The notes under the pieces are model-generated. The model saw only the letters and a list, made by a program, of their open reading frames with translations. It made no database searches and had not been told where the DNA came from. The position numbers and the translations under genes were made by a program. A DNA stretch of 64,000 bases from Mytilus trossulus. Its lineage: Eukaryota. The stretch lies in contig NC_086376.1 of assembly GCF_036588685.1 (NCBI RefSeq), positions 73,201,630 to 73,265,629 on the forward strand, given 5' to 3'. Every line of letters starts with the position of its first letter. Position 1 is the stretch's first letter. Of the stretch, positions 42,082-54,810 are shown in pieces.

Positions 42082-44009
42082 TCAAAAACAGACAGGAGAC
42101 ATCATATGATGTTCTCTTTTACTTTGTCGAATTTTGCTTTTAGCTAACCACTCCAATGGTTTAGATTGGACGGAATTATTTTCGTATGAATTAAAATCTT
42201 TGTTTTGAATATCACTACTATACTTTCCAGTTTTTAATTCAGTTTTCTCACCAACACAACTGTCTTCAACTAAATGAACCGATTTTTCGACTTTATTCTC
42301 ATTCTGTGTTCTTTGCAATGCGTTGTTATCTTTTATTTGTACTATTGACTCGTGTCCGGTAGCGGCTATTTCAACTTTGTCTGTTTTTGTGTGGCCTTCC
42401 GAACAATATAGCATCAATTTTTCTGGTGAAACAAGATAAAGTTTTGAGTTTACCAAGAACTCACGTAAGTTTATAGCACTTTTTGTACTTCGTAGTGCTG
42501 CGTTGGTCGAAGATTTTTGTGAAATCGATACTATATCGTTAGAATCGATATCGTCCGAGTGACAAATTCGGGAAATCACATTGTCTTTTATTTCTGAGTT
42601 GTTGTTATCGTTTGGGTGTTTTTCTTTATTTACATCATCTAAACTTGACCATCGTTTCGTTTGTTTTAAATCTTTGACCATCGATTGTTTATTCAATTTA
42701 GAAAATCGATCAATACATGATTTATCTAGATGACTGCTTTTCCTTCTTATTTCATTTTTATTTTCATCCTTATAAGAAGCCCTAAGTTGAGATATTCCAT
42801 TAAAACTGGACCTTCTTTTCATATATTGCGAGTCTTGAAACACTGAATTCTCAAATTTCACGCTTCTGTTTAATTCGTTAACATCCATTTTATTCTCTTT
42901 TTCCGTATATGTCGAATATTCATCGCATCCATAAGGAAACATTTGTGCTACATCATGTAAACTAGACCTTCGTCTTACACAAGACAAATTTTGATGTACT
43001 TTATTTTTATCTGAATTGTGCATCACGGTATAGTTCTCTTTTCGGCCAATTCTTGTTTCTGTATTTTCTTCTTGCGTACATCGTTTGACTGATTTAACGT
43101 TAACATTATCAGATTTTGCAGTGAATCTTAGCTTTTCAACTTTCTTTGAAATTGAATGGTCCAAAGTACTTTTGTCTTTATCGTTATTGAATGGACTGCT
43201 TTCTTGTGGACTGCAAGAATCATCAAACAAATCTGAAACATGATAAGTGTTTTAATGGACGTACTAGAATTTGATTTGTTTTTTCAATGATTAAAGACAA
43301 CGTAATACACATATATACATATTTATCATACGTTTAGTAGTAAATACAGTAGTTTTGCATATTTGATAAATAGCCTGCTGTTTAATCCATATCGCGCAAC
43401 TTTGATGCGCACCCTTTATCGCATACCCTTTATCACACCCCTACCCTTTATCGCATACCCTAAGGGCCCTTGGGCTGATATTGATGTCTCGGGATGATAC
43501 AACATATGATACGGATTTGCCATGTATTATTCCCTATATAAAGAATCAATTTATGCACGTTTTAACAACTGGATCTCAATGTCGTAAACTAAGAATAAAA
43601 TAGTTTAACCTATTTTGATACTTTTTTCTAGCAATCAATGTCTTTGATATAAATTTATATAAAAATGTTATATATTAGATTGAAACTTCTGATATTGTTT
43701 TTTTTAGTATACTGTATGTTCATAATTCATTTTCATTGTAACACTAAGAAAAGGTCCACAAAATTAACCCTAATGTTAGTTAATTCACAATCTACAAAAT
43801 ACAAGCATTATCTCCATCAACTATATACCTTCATTTTCTTCTGTAATTGTTTCCCCGAACCTTTCGAGAGCTGAGTACAAGTTGTATGGTCTAGAGGAAT
43901 TTTGAAGATCTGATATCACGAAACCGTCATCAGATTCTTCATCAAAGAAACTTTTTCCATTGGAATGTGGGATGGTTCCTTGAAGTGCATTTCTCTTGTT
44001 AAAATACAT
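42082..44009 (-). CDS. Uncharacterised protein copy 2; coding exons 44009-43829 and 43232-42082
   Basis: Identical to 27763-29690 at +14,319. Confidence 0.7.
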
Positions 44010-45725
44010 CGTAACAGTTCACAAGCTGGTTCAAAATAAGTCTGCAAATATAAAATTTTCTATGAACACTACAAAAAGCAAGATTGAACTTGCTCTTTAA
44101 CTTGAACTGAAGACTGTCTTTCAAGTTTGTAATTTGAAATTCAAAATTAGACGTCCTAATATTACTTATCCAAATTCATACGTCGATAAACCGATGACAA
44201 AACACGAAAACAAAACAAATAGACAAATAACAATCCACAAAACCGAAAGTCTGAGCAACACATACATAACCACGACAACTTGAACAGATTTCAAGTGCTT
44301 CAGAAGGATAGAGAGATCCTGATCAACATGAGTAAATGACTACACAACCTACTGACTGAATGCAGACTATAGAGACGTTTAAAAGAATTGCTGGTCATCA
44401 ATTGGAGTAAACAAAGAGCATAAATTATCATTTTCATCGCCTATGACATGTGTCATTTAGGATTGAAAAGAGCAGTAGCAGTGTCTGTAAGTTGAGAACA
44501 AAGAAGCAACAAGTGTTGTGGCTAAATAGAATATTGTACGCAAAAAGACTTAATAACTTGTGTTCTCCCTACATATATATAGCTATGGCGTTGTCAGTTT
44601 ATTTCGTTCTATCAGTTTGACTGCACCTCTGGTATCTTTCGCCCCTCTTTTTTTGAATTTTTTGTCACATGATATTAGGCAGACACCATCTGAAAGGTCG
44701 ACCTCATGGTTATGATGTTACAACGTACGAGTTCTCCTTTCCAAATTCGGTACTGGCGACACAAATAAGTGGCCTCTTAATCATCGTTATCAATTATTTA
44801 AAAATCAACACCGAGTCTGTTTTAAATATAAATAGTTAGTGGAGTCGTACATGGGTCAATTTCAAAAACTATTCTTATTTTGAGGCAGATCCTCATATCA
44901 AACTCGAAATTGTGTACAAATTCAAACATACTACGCATAAAATTTAAAAACGGGTAAAAACGTATTATTGTTAACGCATAGTTAATTTATGACTTTTTAA
45001 TTTCTGATACTAATAATTAAAATTCATTTCACTTACCAAAGTTATGGTTAACAATCATATTCATGTATATAAAAAATGATTGGTGGTTTCCTCAACAGGT
45101 GAATATTGTCCCAAAACAAAAACCAAAATGTCCCACAGAGTTTCGACCCAACACAAATATAATAAAAGTCATATTGTAAATATGGTTAAATTGTGGCATG
45201 ATCACATTTAACCTTGCATAACCTTTAGATTGTTTACTAAACATGACATGTTTTTACGATCTAATTATATTCTGAAATAACAAATGGATAAAGGTCGTCA
45301 TTGCTATACAACATGTCTCGGTACAACCAGAAGTTTGTTAGACAGGAATTTACGGAATTGTCTATTTTTGTCCTTCAGTATTCCAAAATATTCAACATCC
45401 CCAATTGCGCATGTTTTTAGACAACAAGTCGAAGGTTTGCAACTAGTCCAGAATAGTTTTTATTTTTTAAAGTTGTTAGATGTTAGATGTTAGAAATTGT
45501 TTTGAAAGATTTTACTGAACAAACAATCAAGTTGTGAAAGTGTGAACACCCCAAAACTAAGCTTCTTACACGTTTGTTAACATCGGTCCATGTAATTTAT
45601 TTCAAAACTTTAATCCTACATTATAACAACAAAATATAAATGTAAATTTAAAATGCTTGTTGCCATGTCTTCAATATTATCAATAGATTTGCATTAAAAA
45701 CATGTTCTATAATATTTAAACCTAC

Positions 45726-45757
<32 letters not shown>

Positions 45758-46476
45758 TCTTTTCTAGATATAGGATTTTGATTGATTTGGTTTTTTTATG
45801 TTTTAACGCCACTTTGGAGACCCGCATTTAGGCTATTTCGTGGCGTCCAGTTTTTATTAGTGAAGAAGCCGGAGTGTCCTGAGAAAACCACCGTACTTCG
45901 ATAGGAAAACTTGATATAGCGGAAGATGTGGTATGGGTGCCAATGAGACAACTCTCAATCCAAGTGACAATTTATAGAGGTAAATAATTATAGGTCATGG
46001 TACGGTCTTCAACACGGAGCAAAGGTTAACATCGAACAAGAAGCTATAAAGGGTCACAAAATTACTAGTGTAAAACCATTTAAACGGGGAAACATACGGT
46101 CTAATCTATATAAAAAAACGAAAAACACTTATGAACTACATAAAACATATTCGACATTATACTACAACGGATTTGCAGGTGTTAATCTAAACGTGTATAA
46201 GAGAGTTGGTCAATTTTTGTTGATAAAATAATGTTAATCCTTTTCAGATAGCAATAAAAGTCAATAAGAAATAACATTTCTTTTTATGATAAACCATGAA
46301 AAGAAAGAAGATGGTATCATTACCGAGATGATTGTTTATTTCAATATAATTTAGATCACCTTGAAACTTGAGGTAAAGTGGTATCGATTTTTTTGTGAAA
46401 ACTTTGCAAAAATGTAGTCACTGCATATGGATAACAAATACTTTGTCTCATTTCTGGGTTTATTTGATTGTTATAA

Positions 46477-49400
46477 GGCCACACCAATTTAATTTCTTGT
46501 TCTACGGATTTTTCCACTCCAGAAATTGGGGCGAGCGAGCGATTTGAAAATTTTAATAAAAAAAAAATGAAATTGAAATTTTTTGAGGCGAAGCTTAAAA
46601 AGTAGAGGCGAGCGATTAACTTTTTTTTTGTAAACATAAAATCAAAGGTTCTGACAAAAATAAAATGGTTTGAAACTAGAATTACCACTTTTACATTGAT
46701 ATTTGCTAAATTTCTCAACTGCCTCACATTTTATTTCAGCATATTTATGACTTCTTGTATTTAATACCATTACTTTTTGATGATCATGATGATATCAGAT
46801 CTTGAACTGAATAAATGAATAACTTCAACTGCCTTATAAATTATCTACATGATGCCGCTAGAAACACAGCAGTGTCTTGCAAGAAGCAGGAACTGTTCAT
46901 CCTTTCCGAAAACCTGAGTTTACCCAGTTTTTGGGGTTCATGCTGTTCATTAATGGTTGTACTTTCATTTTTTTTGTATTAAATGTTGGTTTTCTGTGTC
47001 TCCATTGTTTTTGGTGTTATCTTTTTGTCCTGTTGATATAAATAGGATGTAGTACAAGTGCCAATGAGACAACTCTCAATCAAAGTACAATACAATGTAT
47101 TTAAAGTTAACAATTATTTGTCAACATACAGCCTTCAATCCAAAGCCTAGACAAAGTACAATACAATGTATTTAAAGTTAACTATTATATATGTCAACAT
47201 ACAGCATTCAATCCAAAGCCTAGTCTCATACGAAACAGCAAACTAAAAGGGCCCAACAATTACTAGTGTTAACCAATTCAAATAGGAAAACCAATGGTAT
47301 AATTTACATGCAGAATAAAAAATATCTAAATGAGTGCAATTGTTTAATTTATCTCTGATATCAAACAAATTTACACAATGGATGCCCCAGCTTACAAAGT
47401 TAATGCTTTGCCTTTTTCCCAACAAATTTTTTTCCCCATGTTTTTGTGTCCTTTCCTGAATTTCTACACACTTCACATAGAGGTCGTACGACAGAATATT
47501 GTTCGTAGAGTGCTGATATATACGGGTTATTATCATCTAGGAGGTCCTCAGCTGTTCCGCAATGAACACACACAGGGGGAAGATAGTGCTTTAGTGAGGC
47601 ACTGTAATATGTCGTTTCAATTGGTGAATTACATGCCAGTGCCTCTCTAACAACAATGTCAACAGTTTCTGAGTCATCTTGGACCAAAGCCCCACCACAT
47701 GTGTAAAAGGAATCTTCTTTTAATCTGAGAATCAGTTCATCCTGAAATGATAAAAATTGAAATGAAAATATCACAATGCTTTATAATTGACCACATCCTA
47801 AGAATACCAGTATATCATAGTAAAGCTTACACATACTAAAAAAAGAACAAATCTCTTCTATAATATTAAGAATAAATAACATGTAAAACATTATATTAAA
47901 CATAGAGAATCTTCATTAAATACGAACCCAGTTTTTTGTATGCAAGAATTACTTTGAAGTCTTTGTCACCTTGTTACTGAGTCAGAGATATGAAAACATT
48001 AAAACCTTAACCAAGTCAGAGAACCAAGACATATGGTTTAATACAATTGGTTATTGAAAAACCTTGTGTAAAGTTACATTTGTACTGACTATGTGTTATG
48101 GGCCTTGCTCATTGTTGAAGACTGTAGTGTTCTACAATTAATAATTTCTGTGTCATTTGGTCCCTTCAATGAAAAGAGATGTCTCATACCACAATTTTTT
48201 TTTATATTGTGTATATGTAAAGACCTTGTAGGACATCTATACATCTTAAGAATGTATAAAAATATTCTGATGATTATATTATAGGTGTCATCGATGTAAA
48301 AAAAACACCTGCAGTATGAAAGGTATAATACCTGTTCCCTGGACAATTTCTTTTCACTGAAAATACAGCGTGGTTTTGAGCATTCACTGCACAAAATTAC
48401 TTCTCGGACTTTGTTGTTTTTGAATAAATCTCTACGTTGTTTATCATTTTCATTCTCTTCTGCTTTATGTGCCGCCCCCGGTCTGTGTTGTTCCTCTCCA
48501 GTATTTTGTCCATAAAGCTGTAATATATAAAATGAATTTACTTCATAGAAAAGCTAATTTCTTGGCATGGATAAATAATGCATTGACAAGTTGGTGCAGT
48601 ATGAAATTATTTTACTTAGGATATTCATAAATACAAGAACCCTTTGTCAGATTACTTTATAGTATAATACTGTCATATTGTGTTATTTCTTTTGTTGTTA
48701 AAACATTGACATTGTCTGACATGAGACTATATTAAGTTTAGGTTTGCTGTGTCAATAGGAATTGACCATTAGTACATGTATGTCTGATGAAGGTTAATCC
48801 AGAAAAACAAATCACACATAGTTTAGTTTCTTATATATTTTCTTTGAAAGTTGTGAATTGCTGTCTTTCTGACATGTATTTATCATGTTTATACTTTTTT
48901 TTTTAATCATGTAAGATCATGAATGTAGTCCTTGTCACATATTCTTAACTACATGTACATCCTTTACTGACCTCTGAGAAAGACTTATATTGGTTGTTTT
49001 CTCCAGGCACAGGGTTGGGTAGGAAATGCAGGTCCTGAAATTTGTCCTCTGGTATCCTTGGGGGGTTGATTTCACAGTAAGGACAATCATTGCACTTTTT
49101 CAGCTGGAATGCATAATGACTGCTCCTTCCATGCCGGGCTATAAAATCCTGAAGTTGTGTAAAGAAAAAAACCTCATATTATTCAAATGAAACATAAATA
49201 GGTAGCATGAACAATGTGCATATTAAAGTCTTAGAGTAACTAACCTATCTAGATAAGTATAAGCAGTCAGAGGTGACCCTTGGGAACTCAATGATAATTT
49301 TATAGAAATAAAAATGGTGTTGAATATGAGAATTCAAGAACATCTTTTTAAAAAAGATGATTGAACTTTTATTTTGTTCATGTATTTTTATGCATGTTGC

Positions 49401-52400
49401 CATTGAACAAAACAATTGAGTATCATAAGTCTAAAGTACAAGTATCAGTATTGTTTTTGTTTTTTTTAATTATCTTATCCTAGACTATTGACATCAAATA
49501 ACATATTTTGCGGTTTGTTGTGATAGTAAATTAGAAGTGTGAGCTGCATGAGCTGTATATGGTATGAACGCATAGTAGTATTATATATAAGCATCTTAAA
49601 TCTTAACAGAAGTGATCAATATAATATGCAGTACATGTATAAAATGTATATATGAATAAAATGTTGGATCACATGCCTGACATATATGATTGTATGACAT
49701 AAAGAGTGTATACATGAATGCAGTGCTAAAGATATGGGTATATTACACTAGCTATTTAATGTCATGTTTATTTAGTTATACTATACTATTTAAAAGAAGC
49801 ATAAAGCTATAAAATCAATTTAATATGTAGATTCTCATCCCTATCCATCATTTTTACATCCAAATTTGAAAATAAACTGTATTCAATCATCAATTAATAA
49901 GCTATTTAATTAATGACAATATTTAAAGCAATTGGCACCAAATCAATAAAAGTTAGACTGCAACTTGCATCATTTTGTTCTGGTCATGTAGATGAGAATC
50001 TATAAATTAAATTACTATTTGGTCTACTCATATACTGTACATGTATCAAGTATTATATATATATATATAAAATATAAATTTACACTGTTAATAACAATGT
50101 AAGGGACAGTCTAGTCCGTGTTTTATCATTTTTCTGCAACGCATCCCTAGTAAATGACAGGTATATAAAAATCTTCTCTATGAGAAAACGCTTCAAAAAT
50201 TACCTGCACTTGTTTAACCTTGCGCAATTCTCCACTAGACATGTCTACCTTTAATTCTTTATTCAAGACCTGGCAAACCACTTCAAGAGCATCCATGATC
50301 TGGTTTTCTGTGACTCCTTTATAAGTTGTGAGGTAATCATCCTTAAATCTCATCCTCTCAAATCTAGAGTTAACTATATCAATAACACTTTTGATAGATT
50401 CATCATAAGCCTCTCTGAACCCAGTTTTTATGAAGGCCAAGTTTCTGACAGCTGTAAGAGTGGACTTGTGTTTAACTGCTTTTTCAAAGGTCTCAGGCAT
50501 CTCTTTCCTTGAAAGTGCACAATGTTGCAGGGATAAATTTAAAATTGACATACAACGCTCTGCTGGATTCATCCAGCTGTGATTCGGTGCTGTTCTTAAT
50601 GCTATGAGCATATCTAGATCTAATGCGATAAATAGCTGAATCAGTGATAGCTGGACAGTCCCGAAAGTTACCCTATGATCAGGACCTCCATCTGTCATTA
50701 AACATAGTATGGGTGTTTCTAGATTGACATCATCATCAGAGTAGTTCTCTCTTAAAATTCTTGTTAGCTCAGTTGCATGACGATAAGGTGTAGATGCTTG
50801 GAAAACTTTATCTTTAGTTGTAACATATATATGTCCATTGAAGAAGCTATCATTTGAGTTCTTTGGAATATCGCTTACAAAAGCCACAGAGGGAACAAGG
50901 CCACCAAGATGAAAATCGTGATCTGTGGCTACTAATTTCGGACCATCTGCTGGAGCAAGCACTTTGTTGTGACCACGAACTCCAGTGCTAATTGGTACAC
51001 CAGGTTCTCCAACCGGAACAATAGCTTTGTCATCTAAACAAACAAATGTGGAATACTTCCTGTTTTTTACACAGAACTCTTTGAGATATTTTAATGATGT
51101 GGCAACATATCTTGCATCTGGGTGCGAAACTCTTGCTTGTCTTGTCTGAACACGGAATTTTACATTAAATCTACATGAGTATTTTAATGCTGATTTTTGA
51201 AAAGCGCTGTTTGGTTGGAATTGTAATCTTATAGTTTCTGTACAAGGTATAGGTGTGTCATTAGGCAATCGTTTCACGATCTGGTTTCTTAGATCTTCCA
51301 ATGAGATAGCCATTGGTAAATATAGCTCCTGACCTCGTCGCCTTTCATTTACCTGAAGAATCTGTTCATCAAAAAATTTACCCATTTCCTCGAAAAATGT
51401 CCCAAATTTGGTATCAATATCTTTTCCATTCAGTGTCCTATAATCAAGGAGTAGGTTTGAATCATCACTATTAAGCAATAGTTCAGTTACGCGCTCATCA
51501 ACTTCTGCTTGCTCCTTGGTTTCAGATACAGCTTCACAACCAGTTAACTCAAAAAAAATATTTCTCAATACAGACCTAGGTGATTTTACAAGTTTACAAT
51601 ATCTGTTTAAAAAATCTCTGCGCATAGACCTAGTGGAAAACTTGGGCAATGTTGCGTTTATCTTATTTACAATTTTGACATTTCTTGTTTCACGATAACT
51701 ACTCTGTTCCTCTGGTACCTTCCATATAAAATTTAAGGTTCCAATGGAGCCACCATAAGCCATTCTATACAACATTATGGGTACTTCAATTTCTAGATTT
51801 TTTATGAACATCCTTCTTTTAACCCTATCTTCAGGTGCATATTTATCAAGGTCAACAAATCTATAGTCATCAATTTTATTAAGGTCAGATTGTAATGTTC
51901 CATAGGACTCACGACTCTCAGTAGTTGGAGGTATGTATTTCAAAGATGTATCGGATTCAAGAGAACGCCTTGGTGTGTCACCTGACTGATACGACTCTTT
52001 ATGTTGAATATTGTCCTTGTCTAAACGTGTTTTGTATTTAGTTATGCATTCCAGAAGTTGTTCTATGTCATCACTGAATTTTTTATTCCTTGAAGATAAA
52101 ATGGAGGGAAATGATAATGATTTTGACAAGTCAACAGAGAGCTCATTTAATCTTTGAGATGTGATGATGGGGGGTCGATGATGTATCTTTTTGAACTCAT
52201 TATAACCCTGAAATTTATCAAAGATCTTTGGAACATGACAAGCACTATCTGATAGTTTTTTATGGGCATGGTCGATGTACCACAATGTGTCTCTTAATGA
52301 CTTTGCAACAAAGTTAGCTGTATCCAGGCAATCTACAGTCCAGCCACATCCTTTGGACTCCATTAGGTCAATTACATGACATAAAAGTCTTTGAGGGCCA

Positions 52401-53111
52401 GAAAGTTTCTTGGCACCATCTGTCTTAGGTTTGTCTGGTAAAACAACTTTACACCTATTCCCCATAAGTATACTAAATGCATTTGTGCTAGGCCTACTGG
52501 GTAAATTATTTGAAGCTGAAGCAATGTTATTTATAATATTAGTACAAGTGCTAGATTCAGGACATGCAGATCTACGTATAATATACTCAACAAACTTACA
52601 ACCCAATGCTGTGGTTAGATCCAAAACGTCCATGTCAGCGTTATCGGCCGCTATGTGGTCTGACTTCATACTCTCTTTCAAGTACACTGCTGTTACATTG
52701 TCAGATGAAAGGCTGAGTTTTTTAATTCCGACGCAATACGTAAAGAGTTCAACAAAACTGCCACCGGCAAACGATATTGCCGTGGACGGCAACACCTCCC
52801 CTCCTTGTGAGTCCTTAATTCTTACCACAAAAATCGGCATGATACTTGTTGAAATTATTTGTTTTTGACTGTGATAAGAAATCTGTGTTTTAGATATAAA
52901 CAGTAAAATCATTGCGATTTGCCGTGGACTAAAACACTTTGGCGATTTAATTGAGTTTTTATAAATTTTTTCGAAAAAACCGATGCGGGAAAAAGACACG
53001 ATTTTGTTTCCGGATGCGGGAAGCGGGAAAATAAAAAAAATATTTTTTTTCTGTTTAGAAAAAAACACGTGCGCGCGGGTCCGTCGAACAAGTAATCAAA
53101 TTGGTGTGGCC
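46477..53111 (-). mobile_element. Zator-like transposon copy 3, inverted, TSD TAA
   Basis: Reverse complement of copy 1 (pos' = 70950 - pos); TAA at 46474-76 and 53112-14. Confidence 0.9.
47400..52840 (-). CDS. Zator-type transposase copy 3; exons 52840-50204, 49148-48972, 48517-48332, 47741-47400
   Basis: Translation identical to copy 1. Confidence 0.85.
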
Positions 53112-53834
53112 TAAAAGTAATTTTACTAATAATTTGAATGTGACGACATAACGAAAGAAAAGGTGTCGATTAAAATACGTATGTGAAAGGAATATATAAT
53201 CGTTTACCTCACCTCAATTACAATATAAAAAAGAAGATGATATAAAGTTACTTTTGAGTTATTACACATGCAATTGTATACAAAATTAAACTATTTGTAC
53301 TAACCTTGTTACCAGCCGTTGAGAAGTAATTTTGGTTATATTCCTTGGATAAACACTTTACCTTGTTATATAGCAGTTCAAGGCTAGATTATTTGGACAA
53401 TGGAAAACACCTGAAGGCCGTCGACACTGCCCAGTGGTGACCTTATCACAAGGTATACATATTTGTCATACGTATGTATACAAACTTATCATCAATTCAA
53501 GCTAAATATAAAAGAATATTTTGTTCACTCTGTTTAACCAAACCTTGAGTATATTTCGAGAAACTATATATTAAAGTCATACATCTATGAAATAAAGTTA
53601 CAGGAATGTAACATTGAAATCTTATATGGATTATGATAGAAAATTGGATAGTGTTCAAGTCAATTGAATTGTAGTATTTATGGATTAAAAATCATTATGA
53701 TATGTCCTAATCATTCATGCAATTTTTTAACATTTTAAAGAAGTTTCAAAACCAAGAACTGCCTCTGCGTGGTGGCTTAATTATTATCAATTAAACGAGT
53801 TATCAGAACATGTTGATCATTTGATATAATATAA

Positions 53835-53985
53835 CTCATCAAAGATACCGGGCTGAAAAGATTATACGCGAGACATTGTTTTCGTCTACATAAATCTCAT
53901 CAGTAACGTTCGAATCAAAATTTAAGTTAAAAGGCCAAATTAAGTGCGAAGTTGAAAAGCATTCAGGGCAAAGCAATACCAAATA
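53835..53985 (-). repeat. Dispersed repeat with degenerate hammerhead core
   Basis: Minus strand: ACGTTA-CTGATGA-GATTTATGTAGAC-GAAA-ACAATG-TC; same family at ~10890-11070, 26100-26255 and 54600-54810. Confidence 0.5.
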
Positions 53986-54599
53986 TAAGAGATGTTAGAT
54001 ATTGTTGACAAGTATAGAAAATATCCTCTACTAGTACTATTATTATGATAAAAATGTTACTTCCCAAAGTTCCCATTAGATCAGTTGAACACAATCATCA
54101 ACAGGATGATTTTTTCTGAAGGGTCAAAGTACCTACATACATTACCTTGTTGTCTGTGGAGAACGCCTGCCGGCAAAGGTTATTGCCATATTGTACGTCT
54201 TATTAGAATAAATTTGATTAATCTTTGAAAAAGGTCTCCCAACAATCATTCGACTAAAGACTAAACAGATTATGTTCTGTAGCGTCAGTGGAGAACTTTC
54301 AAAATGAAACAAACTGAATAAAAATTGATCGCTATAGTTTTTCAAATGTGACGTCATTTTTGTGCTGTTTCTGAAAATTCAGAAATTCAAATGTGACGTA
54401 ATTTTTGTGCCTTTTCACCACTTCGTATGTGACGTCATTTTTATGATTTTTTGCGTTGAGGCCTGGACTAAATCGGGTGTGTCTATTTTTCTGTGTTAGT
54501 CTTTGCATTATGTATTCGGGTTTTGTTTTCTGTAATTAGTTTTAATACTTCAGTTTCATTATGTATATCTTTTATATTCCTTTGATAAAATTTACTGTT

Positions 54600-54810
54600 T
54601 GCAATAGCATAAATTGTTCTAAATAATAAGGATGTTCTTATCCCAAGCATAAAAACATAGCCGTATTTGACACAACCTTTTTCAACTTTTGATTTTCAGT
54701 GCTGTACAACTTTGTACCTTTTTTCTTCACTTTCGACCTTTGTATCCGGGCGTCACTGGTGAGTCTTGTGTGGACGAGGCGCGTTTTTGGCGAATTGATT
54801 TTAAACCTGA
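54600..54810 (+). repeat. Dispersed repeat with degenerate hammerhead core at 54749-54792
   Basis: GGCGTCA-CTGGTGA-GTC(TTGTGTG)GAC-GAGG-CGCG..TGGCG; core substitutions present. Confidence 0.5.

Larger units (their letters stand above)
17839..46476. repeat. Tandem direct duplication of a 14,319-bp unit (TE + host segment B): 17839-32157 and 32158-46476
   Basis: Every ORF recurs at a constant +14,319 offset; even the 28-T tract (31410 and 45729) has the same length. Confidence 0.95.

Noticed and set aside
17836-53114. The whole 35-kb block as one inserted macro-transposon
   Set aside because: The outer flanks differ (TTA vs TAA), and copies 1 and 3 each have their own TSD
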